From: Candidatus Iainarchaeum sp.
Lineage (GTDB): Archaea > Iainarchaeota > Iainarchaeia > Iainarchaeales > JACQJH01
Assembly (NCBI GenBank): GCA_016205145.1
Contig: JACQJH010000001.1
Coordinates: 300,001 to 332,000, forward strand
DNA length: 32,000 nucleotides
Reading direction: 5' to 3'
This document shows, piece by piece, positions 1 to 10,200 of the stretch (position 1 is its first letter; every line of letters begins with the position of its first letter). The position numbers and the translations under genes are program-made. The notes under the pieces are model-generated. The model saw only the letters and a program-made list of their open reading frames with translations, did not search any database and was not told where the DNA came from.

Positions 1-1116
1 GATGTCCGGTGCGCCCGGAAGCGAGGCGGCAAGCCGGGCATTCGACTGCGCGATTTTGCACACGCGCCTTTTCACCATCGTTGTTATCCTCTGCCGCAGA
101 TCGGACTGGTTGGACTGGCTTGCAGGATAATTGAAATTGTCGTTTGGGTCTGAGGCATTGCACATTCCGCGCTGCTGCATGTCCGGCGTGCACGGCACGG
201 TTATGTTGCCTGTGAAACAGCTGCTGCCCGGAGTGCCCGCAATCCTGTCGGTTTGCGGCGCAGTGAAAGGGTTTGTGCGCCAGTTGCAAACGCTTTCATC
301 GCACATCCCCAATTGAATCTGCTCTATTTCATTGTGCACGCGCGGCGAAAACAATCCGAAATCCGCGCCGGTGTTGTCCTCGCCGTAATCGTGCGCAAAA
401 CTTTTCGCGATTGCTATTGCCCTGAAAATCCTCAGTGGAACGTAAATCTTGAAATTGGTTCTCGGCAAAATCGATTCCTTGCGCACGTTGCCCCTGCCGT
501 CCGACACCACTATTTTTGGAAGGCTTTCGAATTCCGCGTCCGTAAGCCCTGACATGTTGAGGTTCACGTAAAACGTGCCCTGCCCGCAGTCATCCGGGTT
601 TCCGTCAGGGCAGCCGACGACGCTGAAAAAGTTTCCCGCGTTCACGCTGTTCCTCACTGCGGAGGCAAGAACCGGTTTTGTGGAATCCGCGTTGCCTTCC
701 AGGCTTATCGCATATTCCGCGAAAAAGCTTGGAGTAGATTCAAGCAATACCTGCAGATCGTTCGCCATGAAGTCGACAAAGCGCGTGCTTGTCGCGTCGC
801 CGAAATTCGCCCTTGCGAAATCCTGCTGTATTTCCTGCCACGACCTGTCTTCCAGGTTCAAGGTGTAATAGTTTGTAGGCGAGGAAAGCCAGTTTGAAAT
901 CGTCTTGCGCAGAGTGTAATTGAAGGACTGCAGTGCATCCGCCTTCACAAGGTCAGTGACTGCCTTCAGCTCGGCCTGCGTCTGTATGTTGGTTATGTTC
1001 TGCTGCGCGTTCCTTTCGGTTTCAATCATGCTGTTGACGAGCAGCGCCGCCAGGAGGATGAGCATGAATGACAGCAGGGCGGTGAAAAGGTTGAATGCTC
1101 GCTGGTTCAATTGCAA
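1..1116 (-). CDS. Partial CDS (3' end off the left edge): Cys-rich extracellular protein with a type IV pilin-like hydrophobic N-terminus
   Basis: Absent from the supplied ORF track because it runs off the window. I translated the reverse complement codon by codon, and it is open from the in-frame stop at 1144-1146 down to nt 1 (>370 codons). No in-frame ATG lies upstream of or within the hydrophobic N-terminal helix (the first ATGs are Met codons inside and just after it); candidate starts are TTG 1116, TTG 1110 and GTG 1134. The N-terminus reads (L)QLNQRAFNLFTALLSFMLILLAALLVNSMIETERNAQQ, a short polar head followed by a ~20-aa hydrophobic helix. The remainder is polar with at least 8 Cys (GCPDGNPDDCGQG, GMCDESVCNW, SSCFTGNITVPCTPDMQQRGMCN). 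Start codon is uncertain. Confidence 0.55.
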   Translation of the reverse strand, partial: MQLNQRAFNLFTALLSFMLILLAALLVNSMIETERNAQQNITNIQTQAELKAVTDLVKADALQSFNYTLRKTISNWLSSPTNYYTLNLEDRSWQEIQQDFARANFGDATSTRFVDFMANDLQVLLESTPSFFAEYAISLEGNADSTKPVLASAVRNSVNAGNFFSVVGCPDGNPDDCGQGTFYVNLNMSGLTDAEFESLPKIVVSDGRGNVRKESILPRTNFKIYVPLRIFRAIAIAKSFAHDYGEDNTGADFGLFSPRVHNEIEQIQLGMCDESVCNWRTNPFTAPQTDRIAGTPGSSCFTGNITVPCTPDMQQRGMCNASDPNDNFNYPASQSNQSDLRQRITTMVKRRVCKIAQSNARLAASLPGAPDI

Positions 1117-1276
1117 AACCGGAAAGATTAACACAGTTGAAGATTAAAAAGTTTGTCCGCGTTCGCCCGCCGGCCGTTCAGGCGCCGTCGCAGAAGGACT
1201 CTGCCTTGTTTCAACAGGCGGATGAATTCCTGTATGCGCCGGCGCGTTTTTCAATTGCAAACCCGTTTAACGAACC

Positions 1277-1294
1277 GGCGGGCTTCAGCCCGCC
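1277..1294 (-). terminator. Perfect 7-bp stem / 4-nt loop hairpin just after the giant-gene stop codon
   Basis: GGCGGGC-TTCA-GCCCGCC sits 5 nt downstream (minus sense) of the stop at 1300-1302. No long oligo-T follows directly; a T5 occurs near 1146-1150 in minus sense. Terminator function is therefore tentative. Confidence 0.3.
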
Positions 1295-1299
1295 GTAAT

Positions 1300-4200
1300 T
1301 CAGCATTTGAAAGTGCACTTGTAACTGTTCGCGCCGTCCCTGGTGTAAAGGTGCAGGCCGTTTCCCAAATCGCGCGGAAACCCCGTCGGCTCGGAAACCA
1401 ACCTGTTTGTTGAAGTGCAGCCGTGCCCGATGATGTTCCCTTCGGCAATGTTGTATTTTGCGGCAAGGCCCTGCACGAGCTGTTTCACTGCCTGCTGCTG
1501 TGCCGGGGGATAGGAATCAGAGCCGTTGCCCATGTTGACTATTTCTATTCCTATTGACCTTCCGTTCACGCAGTTTGCGTGCCAAGCCTTCTTGTCTTCG
1601 GGAATCACTTCGACTATTTCGCCCTGCTTTCCGACAATGTAATGCGAGCTTGCCTGGTGGGAGTCGGCCCACCAGCTTAACGCGCCGGAAATGTTCCCGC
1701 CCGCGGTGTGATGCAGGACTATAGTGTCAATCCGCGTGCCGTTCCTTGAACTCGAATTCGACTGCACTGATTTTGCCTGGCTTGCGGAAACAAAGTTTGT
1801 CATGGGAACGGTTTTGACATTGCCACTCAGTTCAGCTGAAGTTTTTTTTTTATCCGCAGGCTCCTGCATTGCGCCCTGCTGGCTCCGCCATTTTGCGACG
1901 TCGGCTTTCACGTTGCGGATGTATGCCCCGGTGTCGTTTTCGCTTGACGGCGCATAAATTGGCAGTATGTCGTCAACGGTTGTTTTGCCCTGCGGGAAAT
2001 AATGCTTTGAGGTTTTGATGTAAGCGAACCACGCCTCTATTCCGCCCTGCCATGAATTCCATCCGCAAAAGGCTCCGCTCATGAAATCGTATTTGATTGT
2101 GCTTTGCGGGCATTTTATGTTTCCGACGCTTTTTGTTTTATTTGCGACCCCGAATTTTCCGTATGTTGATTCCTGCTTGAAGAACGCAAGCGCGATTGCG
2201 TTGTCAATGCCGTACTGCTGGCCGTATTGCACGAAATATTTTCCTGTTCCTGCTGCGGGAGAGCCTGCGCTTGCAAGGATTTGGTCCACGAATTCGGCTG
2301 AAAGGCACGGCCTCTCGCTCAGCATTGAAAGTTTTTCGCCCTGCTTGGGCGGGGCGCAGCCGCCGGTTGCAACATTCGCGGTTCCGCCCTGGCCTGCGCC
2401 CGCACCTGCAGCGCTTTCAGCGGCCACAACGCTGTAGCGTTTCCATTCCTGGTATTTTTCGACAACCCATTTTGCCAGCGGGGAAGAGTTTTTCGGGTCA
2501 AGGGTTTTGGCGAATTCAGCCAAAGCATTTTCCGTGCTCCCCGTCTGGGTTTTGAGCTGTGCAAGCAACTGCGCTGTTTGCAGTATTGATTCCGGCGCGA
2601 GGATTTTTTCGCGCTGCTGCGAAGCCTGGCTTTGCGCCTGGCCTGCGGCAAGAGTAATTGTTCCGGTGACAGGGGTTTTCGTTTCCGCTTTTTCCTGCGT
2701 TTTCTCAGCCTCCGCCGCGTCAACGCCTTTCGCCTTCATTTCCGCAAGCACTGCAGCCATTATCGCAGCTTCTTCCACTTCGGTCTGGTCGGAAGCTGAT
2801 GCAATTGCTTTCTGCGCTTCCGGGTCATAATAAATTTTCATTTCCTGCGGGTCTGCGCCCGCTTCAACCGTCGGCAGCAATGAGCCGAAAACCGTGCTCA
2901 GGGTCCTTTGCGCGAATTCTCCTTTGCAGTCCGAGTCAAGGCGCTTTGCCTTTCCGCTTTTCAGCTCTTCCTGCATCTGGCTGAACTGCTCTGCGCCCTG
3001 AACTTCAACTATCGTCGTTGTTGCACCGCTGCCGCCATCGCCTTTCGCTGTCTTGACAATCCTGTAAGTGTGGTTTTTCTTGAGAATCACTTCAAGGCTG
3101 TCGCCCAACACTTTGCCTGTTTCGGGGTCGATTTCCTTTGCCCCGCCGTTTATTTCATCAATGCCCTTGTCCGGCGCCTTGAACATGTTTTTCATCCACT
3201 GGTCATAGCCTTCCATGCCGGCTGCAACCGAGAGCACGCTACAGCCAAGGCCTTTCGCCAGATCCCAGAACCGTTTCCTGCTGAAAGTGTCCCTCAAATT
3301 GCGCTTGAGCGCGTCAAGCCTGCCGAGTTTTGCGGCGTCGTCCAATGCAGAGGTGGCGCTTCCGCTTAGCGTGGATTCGGTAATCTGCCTGAGCGCAGCA
3401 TCGTCGAACAACGCGCCCCTCACAACCTGCCTGTCAAGGCTGTCAGCGCTTGAACCCAAAATTCTTCTCATTTCATCCTGCGACAAAGCCGCCTTTATCC
3501 TGAAAGCGCCGCCATCCCATTCTGGCGCTGTTGCAGTGCTGCTGAACGCGGTTTCAAGCCTTCTGCTTATCTGCTCCCTGAGCGGTGCCCTGAGCCCGTC
3601 GATTTTTGCGGCCTGCTCTACTGAAACGCTGTTTTTCAATTGCGCCATCACGTCATCCGTGAGTTCGTCGGCGAACGCGCCAACCCTGCCGCCGATTTTG
3701 ATGTTGTTGCCTGCAGTTTCAATCAATTGGTCCATTTCAGCTGCGCTTACAATCCTTGAAGTTCCGCTGCCTGCGGCGGTTTCAATCAATGGCCTGCCGC
3801 TTGTGGCGTCGATTCCTGTTATCAGTCTTCCATCCCTTGTCACTTGCCCGACCGGGTCCCATTCCAGGCCGGTTGCCTTGAAATTGAATTCAGCAGGCAA
3901 TGCAGTGTCGCCAACGGCTTTCTGCAATGGCGCTCTTGCAGACGCGTCGATCTGGTCCAACAGGTTTGTTCTCAGGGCCGGAGTTCCGCGCAAGCTTCTG
4001 AGTTGCGGGTCCCTCAGGAGGGTCGTGCCAACCTCGCTCAGGAGTGTGTCAGAGCCCTGCAAAGCGTTCTTGGCCGCAGTGTCGATTGATATTTTGGGGT
4101 CGAGCCTGTGCGCTTCCAGAATCCTTTTTTCCATTGCGCCCTTGAAAGTGCCTTTGAACTGCGCAAAGCCGCGGTTCTCGCTTTTTGCGACAAGCGCGTC

Positions 4201-7200
4201 AGCCCATCTTGCCGAAACAATGTCTGCCTGCTGTTCGAAGCTTAGGGTTTCAAGTCCCCTTGTAAGCGTTCTCACCGTGGCGCCGCCAACCGCCGCGTCA
4301 AGCAGCGCGTCCCTGTTGTCCTGGCTCTGCGGAGTGTCGAGGAATGAAAGCTGGTCCGCGCTTATTCCCTGCAAGTCCTTGCCTCCAAACCATGTTTTGA
4401 GTCCGTCAAACTGCCTTTGCATGAACGCCTTTGCGTCCTCGCCTTTTTCAAACGTGTCCGCTGCGGCAATCGACGCGGGCAAAACGCAGTTCAGGCCCAC
4501 ATCCCACAATGCGCCCACACCCGCCTTTGTCATCCCGCCGCAAATCGCTGCCGCTACACTGCACGGTGCCAGGAACCCTGCTTCAATCGCCTTTCTTTTT
4601 TCCGCATTCAATTGTTCCTTGTAGGTTTTCTGCTTGTCCAATGCCGGCCCGCCGGGAGTGCTGATTGCCTTGTTTGCCGCATCCAATGCCTTCTGCCTTG
4701 CCAAAGCCTTTGCCACATCCGCCAGGCTCACTGTTTCCGGCTGGCCTTTCCATCCGACCGTTGCATAATACGTGCCCGGCTCCATGCCGACAATTTTTTT
4801 GAGCAGGTCTTCCGGATGGATTCCGCAAACGCTGAATTTTACGTTGAAGGAATTGCTTTCAAGCAGTCCTTCGGAAACCCATTCGGATGGCTTTTTGTCC
4901 GCGCTTGCTCCGGATGCAGTGCCTCCCTGTGATCCGGAATTGTTTCCTGTTGCCTGCTGTGCTGATTGCGTTGAGCCGGATTCCTGCGTTTGTGCATTTG
5001 CCGTGCCATAACTGCCCGGGGCCTGCAGCCTTGCGATTGAAACAGTTGCAACCGCCTCATTCAGTGGCTGTGCGTTTGCCGTGGACGCGCCAGCCCTTTT
5101 TATCTGAACGCTTTTCGCCTTCACGTTCACATAAGGCGAGGTGGTCTGCGCCGCCAAAACAAACTGGTCGTTGCCGGAAACGCATAATTTGAAATCGTAT
5201 TTGTAGTTGCCGGTTTTCGCGTCCTTCGCGAGTTCGATTGTCTGGGTTGAAGGGATTTCTTTTCCGTCGGCCGAGCGCAATTGCACTGAATCTATTCCTG
5301 TTTTGTCCTCGTGCGTTTCCCAGTCCTGCGACAGGCGCACTTTCTGCGGGACTTCCGCCACAACCTTCAATTGCGCGCAGTTTTCGCCCACGTAAAGCGT
5401 TACGTTCTCGTCGCCCTCTATTTTGAGGCTTCCGACCTGTGAAAAGCTTTTTATGAGCAGATAGCTTTCGTCCTTTGAAATGCAGCCGTCAACCTGGTGC
5501 TGTGTGAGTTCGGCGATTGCCTTTGCCGCTTCCGATGCGATGTTTCCGGAAGTCGAAAGCGCAGTGCCTTGCGTCTGCTCCGCGGGCTGTGTTGCATTGC
5601 CCGCGTTCTGCGCCTGCGCCTTTGCAACGAAAACAGTGCCCGTCATTCCGGGATGCAAGGTGCACTTGTAATCGAATTTGCCTTCCTCGGTGAAAGTGTG
5701 CGATGTCGCCTCGTTTGCCTTGAGTTTCACGTTGAAGCCGATGGACTCGATTGTAACTGTGTGCTCGACAGTGTCGTTGTTCACCCATTCAACGGTCTGT
5801 CCGGGCTGGATGTTGACTGTTGACGGGCTGAACTTCAAGTCCTTTATGTTGATTGTGATGTCTGCTGCGGGCAGCTGTCCCTGCGTTGCATTGCCCGGCG
5901 CCTGTCCCGCGGGCGGGGCAGCTGCAGGGGTTTGCGTTTGCGTGGGCTGCGTTGGCGCAGTCGTGCCTGTTTGCGTTCCGCCTGGCGCCTGCAGCATTGC
6001 AGTTCCATTGCCCTGCCAGTTCAATGATTGCGATTTTGCGGTTGCGGGCTGCTGTGCATTCTGGCCTGGCGGCGTTGCCGGAACATTCGTGCTGCCGGTT
6101 TTCTGGCTTTCCGCTTTCTTTTTTTCAGAATAAACTTTCGGGATCGTCGCGAACACTGTTTTCGGTTCGTCTGATTTTTCGGTTTTTTCTATTTCAAGCT
6201 TGACCAGGCTGCCGTTGGTTTCTCCGGCCTTGATGACAATCTTGTTTCCGCCTGCCGTGCGCGCAACCCTCTGCTCCGAACCGAAAAGGCTTTGCGAAAA
6301 GCTTTTCCCGATTTCTTCAAGGCCTTCTTCCGGCTGGACCATGCCGGGCCAGGAGCCGAAGCTTTGGCTTTGCGAATAGCTTTTGTCTATCGGCAAAAAG
6401 TTGGAAACGTTCTGCACGGCATTCAGGCATTCGCCTGTCACTTTCCTTTCGCTTTCATGCCTGACAAGCAGTACAAAGCTGTCCTTGATGATCTGGCCGT
6501 TCTTGACCTGCACCGCGCCTTTCACGGAAAGCAGGTATCTGCCGCAGCCTTTGAGCGGCTTTGACATGATTACCTGTTTTGTGAGGCCGGTCGCGGCAAT
6601 GTCCGATATTTCCTGTTCGCTTGTTTCGCCGGCCTGGATCTTGTAGCCTTTCAGTTCGGAAATGTTTTCGGTTTTGACTGCGTTTTCAATGCCTGCGCTT
6701 GTGACAAAGTCGTTCTGCAGGAAAACCGGGAACGGAGTCGAGGCAACGTTCATGTTCGAAAACGTGCAGTAATCCTTTCCCTGCCCGCAGCCCGCAAAGC
6801 TTTTCGCATCCGCTGATGATGCTGAAATCCTTTCCTGCGCCTGCTTCACAGCATCCTGCATTTTTTTCGCCAAAAACTTTGCAGCTGTTTCAGCGTCGCA
6901 GTAGCCCTCGGAACAGTTGTCCTGCGAAAGCAGCGGGAATGAAACCTTTGCCGTGCCATCAGCGTCGCAGTAAGGCAGTTCTATTTCGGATGTCTTGACT
7001 CCCGCGCCTTCAACAGCTTTTTCCCCGAGGCTGATCCTGAAGGGAAGGGCATTGCTTTCCATGAACTTCTGGCTTCGGATGAGCAGGCCGATTGCCTTTA
7101 TGCTGCCGGTTTCGTTTGAATAATCCTGTTTTTTCTGCAGCAACAGCTGGAATTTAGCTTCCGAATTCGGCGCCAGTATGGGGGTTGCAAGCGGGCTCAG

Positions 7201-10200
7201 CACAAGGGTGTTGCGCCCGAATTCCTTGGGCGCAATGTCGACTATCCTGATTTCTTCCGCGCATTCGTTCCTGATTGTAAGCTCTTTCGCTATCGTGCCG
7301 AACCTGCTTTCCTCGCTTTCGAATGCCGTGTCGTCGGAGAACGCCTTGAGGCACTTGAAGCCTGACACGTTCGCCCAGACGTCGATTGACTTGAACGCTA
7401 TTCTTGGCAGCCCCCCGCCATACGTTTCAAGGCTTGAAATCCTCTGCGCCTGCAGCTGGCTTGCCGCAAAGGCGTTGTAGCCGTACTGCTGTGCCGGGTC
7501 AAACGTTTCGCTTTGGCCTGCCAGTGCCGGCGAAGAAAAGCCGTAAGGGTACGATTGCACTGGCGTTGCGGACTCTTCCGTTGCGCCGTTGATTATTATC
7601 TGCCCGCGCAATGGCCTGTCAAAGCTCTTGTCCTGGCCGGTTTCCGCTATGACAAAGCGCGGGGGCAAAAGCACCTGCCCCGGCTTGAGCGATTCGAGTC
7701 CGGCTGTTTTCGGCATCACGTCCAGGGTTATGCCGTTCTGCCCTATTTCCATCGGGCTCACTGAAAAGCTGAGCGCCCTGATTTCAAACGGCGAAACGTT
7801 TTCAACGTGCAGTTGCGCTGCAGCAGTCGCTTTCTGCGCCTGCCTGTCGTGGCTGAGGAAGAGAACGATTGTGTCGTTCGAGGCGATTGAAAAGCGGCTG
7901 TCCCACAGCACAACTTTCAATGGCACGGATTTCGCGATTGAATCTGATTCAAGTATGACCGTGAACTGCCTTTCCTCTTTCTGCGGCAAAAACCTTTCAA
8001 CGCGGTTGCTCAATGTTATCGTGAAGGTTTTTGTCTCATCCTTTTTCAGGGTGATTGGCTGGGCCAGAACCTGGAGTGCGGGATCGTTTTTTTTCGCCAG
8101 AACCTTTGCCTGCAGTTCAAGGTCTGTGCCGCACCTGTTCTCGACCTGCAAGTCAAGGTTCTTGTTCGCGCCCGCAGTGCCGAGCAGATAGGCCTGCAGG
8201 CTTTCCCTGTCAAGCCTCAGGCAGCCGGATGGAAGGCTCTTGTTGTAGTACACCTTTATCCTGCCCTTCGCGCCCGTCATCTGCCTTCCGCCGGCAAGGC
8301 CTTTCACAATGATGTCCGCTTCGCCGAAAAGCGAGGCGCTTTCGGGTCCGGAATATTTTGCGGAAACCGATGCCTGGCTTGACTGCGATTGCGCAAGGCT
8401 TTCCGGCACCGATGCGGTCAGCTGGATTTCCTGCGGAAAGCCCGGCCCCGGGACCATTTCGTATGAAATGTTTTCAATGCCATAGCGCGAGAGGTTGCGC
8501 AATGCAATGAATGCGCTCGCCTCCTTTGTCTGCTTGTTTATGCTGAGGGTTATTTCCTGCGGAGTCAACTGCAATGAATCGAGCCCGCCGATTGCCATGG
8601 CCAGGGACTTCGGAGAATAGCCTTCAGCCGAAACTTCTGCGGTGTAGGCGCCTGCAGTGAAAGCGCCCCTGAAAAGGAATTCGCCGTTCCTGCCGGAGCC
8701 GATGCCTGAATTGCCGGCAACGCTTGCAACAACCCTTCCGCGGTCGTCCTTCAACTGCACCAATGCGTTTTCAACGCTCTTCAATGTCTGCGCGTCCTTA
8801 ACTGAAACAGTGAAGCTTTCGCCCGCCAGAATGGTTTCAGGCCTTACGCTGACGTCAAGGCCTTTTTCCTCGAAAATGTTGAATGAGAATTCCTGCGGCA
8901 CAACTGCCTGCCCGGCAATGACCTGCGTTTTTATGGACGCGCTTCCGCCCGCAACAGTGCGGAAGAAAACCGATGCCTTGGCGCTTTCCTGTCCGGCGAC
9001 GCTTATGCCTGAAACTTCGATCGAGGTTTCATTTCCGTTCGTGTCGGGAAAGTTTTCCGCCGTTCCTTTCGCGCTTCCGGTGAAGAAGAGCTTCGGGTCG
9101 GTTTTCGAAGTGTCTGCTTTGACAGTGACGCTCGCCGGTTCGCTTGCAAGCAAGCCGATTTCAAGCGCGAATTTCCTGTTCGCTGCAGGCTTGAAGTCCT
9201 GCGGCAGGATCTGCGCGCCATTGTCAGCGACAAACTTGTACGTGAGGCAGACCGGCCCCTGGCACAATGCGTCGGATTCGAAAACAAGCAGGCCAAGGGT
9301 TTTTGTTTCCGCGTACAATCCGAGCCTGTTGCGGTTGAACTCGTCTCCGCCGAGAACGCTGTCCTCCGGGTCCCTGAAATAATTCGGCCCCCCCACAGCC
9401 CATGCTCGGTAATGGAATTCGGTTTCCTTTGCCTGCGAGCCCGGCTTCAGCATCACCTTGACCCTGATGACTGCAGTATCAGCCGGCTTGTCGAATGAAA
9501 GCTCAAGCCATTTGCCGGGCTGGCCCGGCCTTGAAAGGTTTTTCCTGTCAACGCCCTCGTTGCCCGGCGAGGGCGTGGCATTGTAAGTCGAGCCGAACGC
9601 GGCCTTTGCGCCGGTTGCGTCATAGCCGTAAATGCCTGTGTCCTGCGCATCAACGAACTTCACGTTGTCCGGCCCCGCCCTGAAATGTATCCCTGATTTG
9701 AAGTTTTCGCCCGGCCATTTGGCCTCGAATTCAAGCCAGTAAAACTTTCCCGGCACTATGCCTTGAACCGGCTGGTTCCTTTCATTGAGAATGCGCACGA
9801 ACCTTATTTCCGGCTCTATGCCCGCGGCGCCCGAAACCCCTTCATCGCCGGCCCTGACTTCCGCGGAATTCTGTTCGTCAAGCGAAACCTTTGCAGCCAG
9901 CGTCTTTCCGTCCGGGGTTTTTATCTGCACGCTGAAATCCTTTTTGCCCCTGTTGTCAAACAGCACTTTGCCGTTCTCGATGTTGCCGTCAAAAACGTTT
10001 TCGCCGTTCGCCGAGATTATGGAAATGGTTCCGCTTAACGGCAATCCGTCAGCGTCAACAAGAATGAGTTCAGCAACGGATGCGGACTTCTGCAAAGTTA
10101 TCCTGACGGCATTGCGCTTGTTCGCCTCGATTGTTTTCCTTCCATCCCCTTCTTCAATGCCCCTTTTCGCCTTCACAAGAATGGTCTTGTTCACGGGCGC

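Noticed and set aside
131-1147. Four plus-strand track ORFs at the left edge (61-99 aa)
   Set aside because: The opposite strand is open across the whole interval in one frame and encodes a sensible signal-helix-plus-Cys-rich protein. The plus-strand peptides are short, overlapping and compositionally odd.
3215-4624. 469-aa plus-strand ORF (and about 50 other plus-strand ORFs between 1300 and 11634)
   Set aside because: They are antisense to the continuous 10.3-kb minus-strand ORF. Their translations are S/A/L/C/P-rich with no motifs, typical of the reverse frame of a moderately GC-rich gene. The minus-strand product has many recognisable domains.
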